A stretch of 64,000 bases of DNA from a virus, in IMG/VR virus record IMGVR_UViG_3300042882_000899, positions 50,961 to 114,960 of that record; one strand, given 5' to 3'. The position numbers were made by a program, and so were the translations under genes. Below are positions 62,377-64,000 of this stretch, piece by piece (the stretch's first letter is position 1; each line of letters starts with the position of its first letter). The notes beneath the pieces were generated by a model. It was not told the DNA's origin and did no database searches. It worked only from the letters and a program-made list of their open reading frames with translations.

Positions 62377-62417
62377 GTGGAGGCGGTATTGACCGCCTCC
62401 ACATTATTTAGTAGAAT
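62377..62417 (+). promoter_or_regulatory. Hairpin (terminator-like) overlapping a TTGACC-N17-TAGAAT promoter
   Basis: GTGGAGGCGGT-ATTG-ACCGCCTCCAC; -35 at 62389-62394, -10 at 62412-62417, ATG 6 nt later. Confidence 0.7.
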
Positions 62418-62423
62418 AACACA

Positions 62424-62630
62424 ATGAGAACATACGAGATACCAGACCCATTTGAAACTTTTGTTTCCAATAAGTATAAAAACTACACGGGCGCCTTGTA
62501 TGATTTTTTTGCCAGAGAATGGCACATGAAATGCGGGTGTTGCAAAGAAGATTTATACGCACCAACAAAAAAGATATTAACTAAAATTAGATTATATCAT
62601 ACTAGGAATGAATGCTGTGGTGGTTACTAA
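62424..62630 (+). CDS. Small Cys-rich hypothetical protein
   Basis: ORF track; CGCC...H...CC; TAATG-coupled to dnaE. Confidence 0.7.
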   Translation: MRTYEIPDPFETFVSNKYKNYTGALYDFFAREWHMKCGCCKEDLYAPTKKILTKIRLYHTRNECCGGY

Positions 62631-64000
62631 TGAGCTTTACGCACTTACATGTTCACTCGTATTACTCTCTTATGGACGGACTAAACTCTCCAGAAGAGTT
62701 GTGTCAAGCAGCATTAGATGCAGGGCAAACAGCAATTGCCATAACAGATCATGGAACACTGTCTTCTCATCGTGATATGCAGATCGCAGCAAAGAAGCTT
62801 GGCATAAAGCCGATACTTGGAGTAGAAGCTTACATATCACCAACAGATAGATTTGATAGATCTTCTAAAACAGATAAATCTATTCAGGCGTATAATCATA
62901 TTATTCTTTTGGCTAAGAATAAAAAGGGCTTAGAGAATATAAACACCCTGCAAGAGCTTGCATGGACAGAAGGTTTTTATCATAAGCCACGTATTGATAG
63001 AGAGGTGCTTAAGGAATATGCGGAAGGTATTATTATACTCTCTGGATGCCTTAATGGTCTTATCTCTAAGGCTATCGAAAAAGGCGAGTTCTCTGAAGCT
63101 AAACTTATTCTCAAAGACTTTCAAAAAACTTTCGGTAAAGATTTTTATATTGAGGTACAGTCTCACAATCCAGAAGAAATAAATTCAAAGCTGCTTGAAT
63201 TGGCAGATGAACTTAAAATTAAGGCGGTGGCAACAGGTGATGCCCACTTTGCTAAAGAAGAAGATAGAGTCTTAGAAGAAGCAATGCTTATTTTATCTAC
63301 ATCTCCTAAATCAGATAAAGATGCAGACTTTGAAATGTCTAGACAAATGCCAGATATGCTAGATAGATTTAACTATCTATATCCAGACCGCAAGATATCA
63401 TTTGCTGACTATAATTTATTTATCCAAAGTAGGTCTGAAATTGAGGCGGACTTTAATAAAGCAGGTATTACTCGTACAGATATATATGATAATACAATGG
63501 AAATTGCTGATAAGATTGAAGAATATGACTTCAATAGGGGATTAGATCTGCTCCCTATCCCAAAGACCAATGCTGACAAGAAACTGTCTGATATGGCCTT
63601 AGAAGGCCTTAAAAGACTATCTCTGGACAAAGATCAGGTCTACTTAGATAGAATTGCAGAAGAGTTATCTATAATTAAAGATAAGTCGTTTGCATCATAT
63701 TTCCTAGTTGTAGCCGATATGATTACATGGGCTAAGTCAAATAATATTATGGTTGGTCCTGGCCGTGGTTCTGCTGCAGGCTCATTAGTTTGTTATGCTC
63801 TTGGAATTACAGATGTAGATCCCATTAAGTATGACCTTCTATTCTTCCGCTTTATTAATCCAGAAAGAAATGATTTTCCAGATATCGATACAGACTTTGA
63901 GGATCGTCGTCGTAAAGAGGTTAAAGATTATTTAAAGAAGAAGTTCAAGCACGTTGCGTCTATTTCTACATTCACTTACTTTAAAGATAAGGGTGTTATT
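62630..64000 (+). CDS. dnaE: DNA polymerase III alpha subunit (family C), truncated by window end
   Basis: Manual translation: MSFTHLHVHSYYSLMDG (PHP), AITDHG, KPILGVEAY, ATGDAH, GPGRGSAAGSLVCYALGIT, RFINPERNDFPDIDTDF. Confidence 0.95.
   Translation, partial: MSFTHLHVHSYYSLMDGLNSPEELCQAALDAGQTAIAITDHGTLSSHRDMQIAAKKLGIKPILGVEAYISPTDRFDRSSKTDKSIQAYNHIILLAKNKKGLENINTLQELAWTEGFYHKPRIDREVLKEYAEGIIILSGCLNGLISKAIEKGEFSEAKLILKDFQKTFGKDFYIEVQSHNPEEINSKLLELADELKIKAVATGDAHFAKEEDRVLEEAMLILSTSPKSDKDADFEMSRQMPDMLDRFNYLYPDRKISFADYNLFIQSRSEIEADFNKAGITRTDIYDNTMEIADKIEEYDFNRGLDLLPIPKTNADKKLSDMALEGLKRLSLDKDQVYLDRIAEELSIIKDKSFASYFLVVADMITWAKSNNIMVGPGRGSAAGSLVCYALGITDVDPIKYDLLFFRFINPERNDFPDIDTDFEDRRRKEVKDYLKKKFKHVASISTFTYFKDKGVI

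Noticed and set aside
7734-63630. Numerous 60-170 aa antisense or off-frame ORFs inside nrdJ, fibre, portal, TMP, tail and dnaE genes
   Set aside because: Fully nested in well-supported genes, with no SD or recognisable motifs
1-64000. Stop-codon reassignment, integrase or IS elements
   Set aside because: Long genes are intact under the standard code with all three stops used; no integrase or transposase motifs recognised

Overview
About 64 kb of an AT-rich, long-tailed (siphovirus-type) dsDNA phage genome. Gene content and signals suggest a large actinobacteriophage, perhaps infecting a low-GC freshwater actinobacterium. This host assignment is inference from the class II RNR, DnaE, the DnaB/primase/SSB block, leaderless extended -10 promoters and WhiA/CRP-like boxes. 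Layout: (1) 1-1700, leftward cassettes of tiny early-type genes, three of them behind a conserved compound promoter carrying perfect CRP palindromes and a GACAC (WhiA-like) box; DnaA boxes and other palindromes lie at 589-744. (2) 1.8-9.8 kb, methyltransferase, sulfotransferase-like gene, tRNA-Ile(UAU), two 2OG-Fe(II) oxygenases, lytic transglycosylase, nrdJ and a putative holin. (3) 9.9-25.5 kb, a cluster of modular fibre-like proteins ending in an Fn3 protein with (FFSPPFFPPG)7-GGGG, followed by five prolyl-hydroxylase-like oxygenases. (4) 25.6-57 kb, portal, protease/scaffold, MCP, neck, tail tube, frameshifted tail chaperones, a 2801-aa tape measure protein with an embedded kinase-like domain, tail tip proteins, and a fibre-like protein with 7 thrombospondin-like Cys repeats, (T-I/V-N)24-TGGGG and a C-terminal Hint domain, again followed by a 2OG oxygenase. 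(5) 57-64 kb, replication genes, with dnaE truncated by the window end. The best candidate for an undescribed system is the twice-repeated module of a repeat-tailed virion protein ending in GGGG(+/-Hint), a small WDGxxF protein and 2OG-Fe(II) oxygenase(s), which suggests a phage-encoded post-translational modification pathway for virion fibres.
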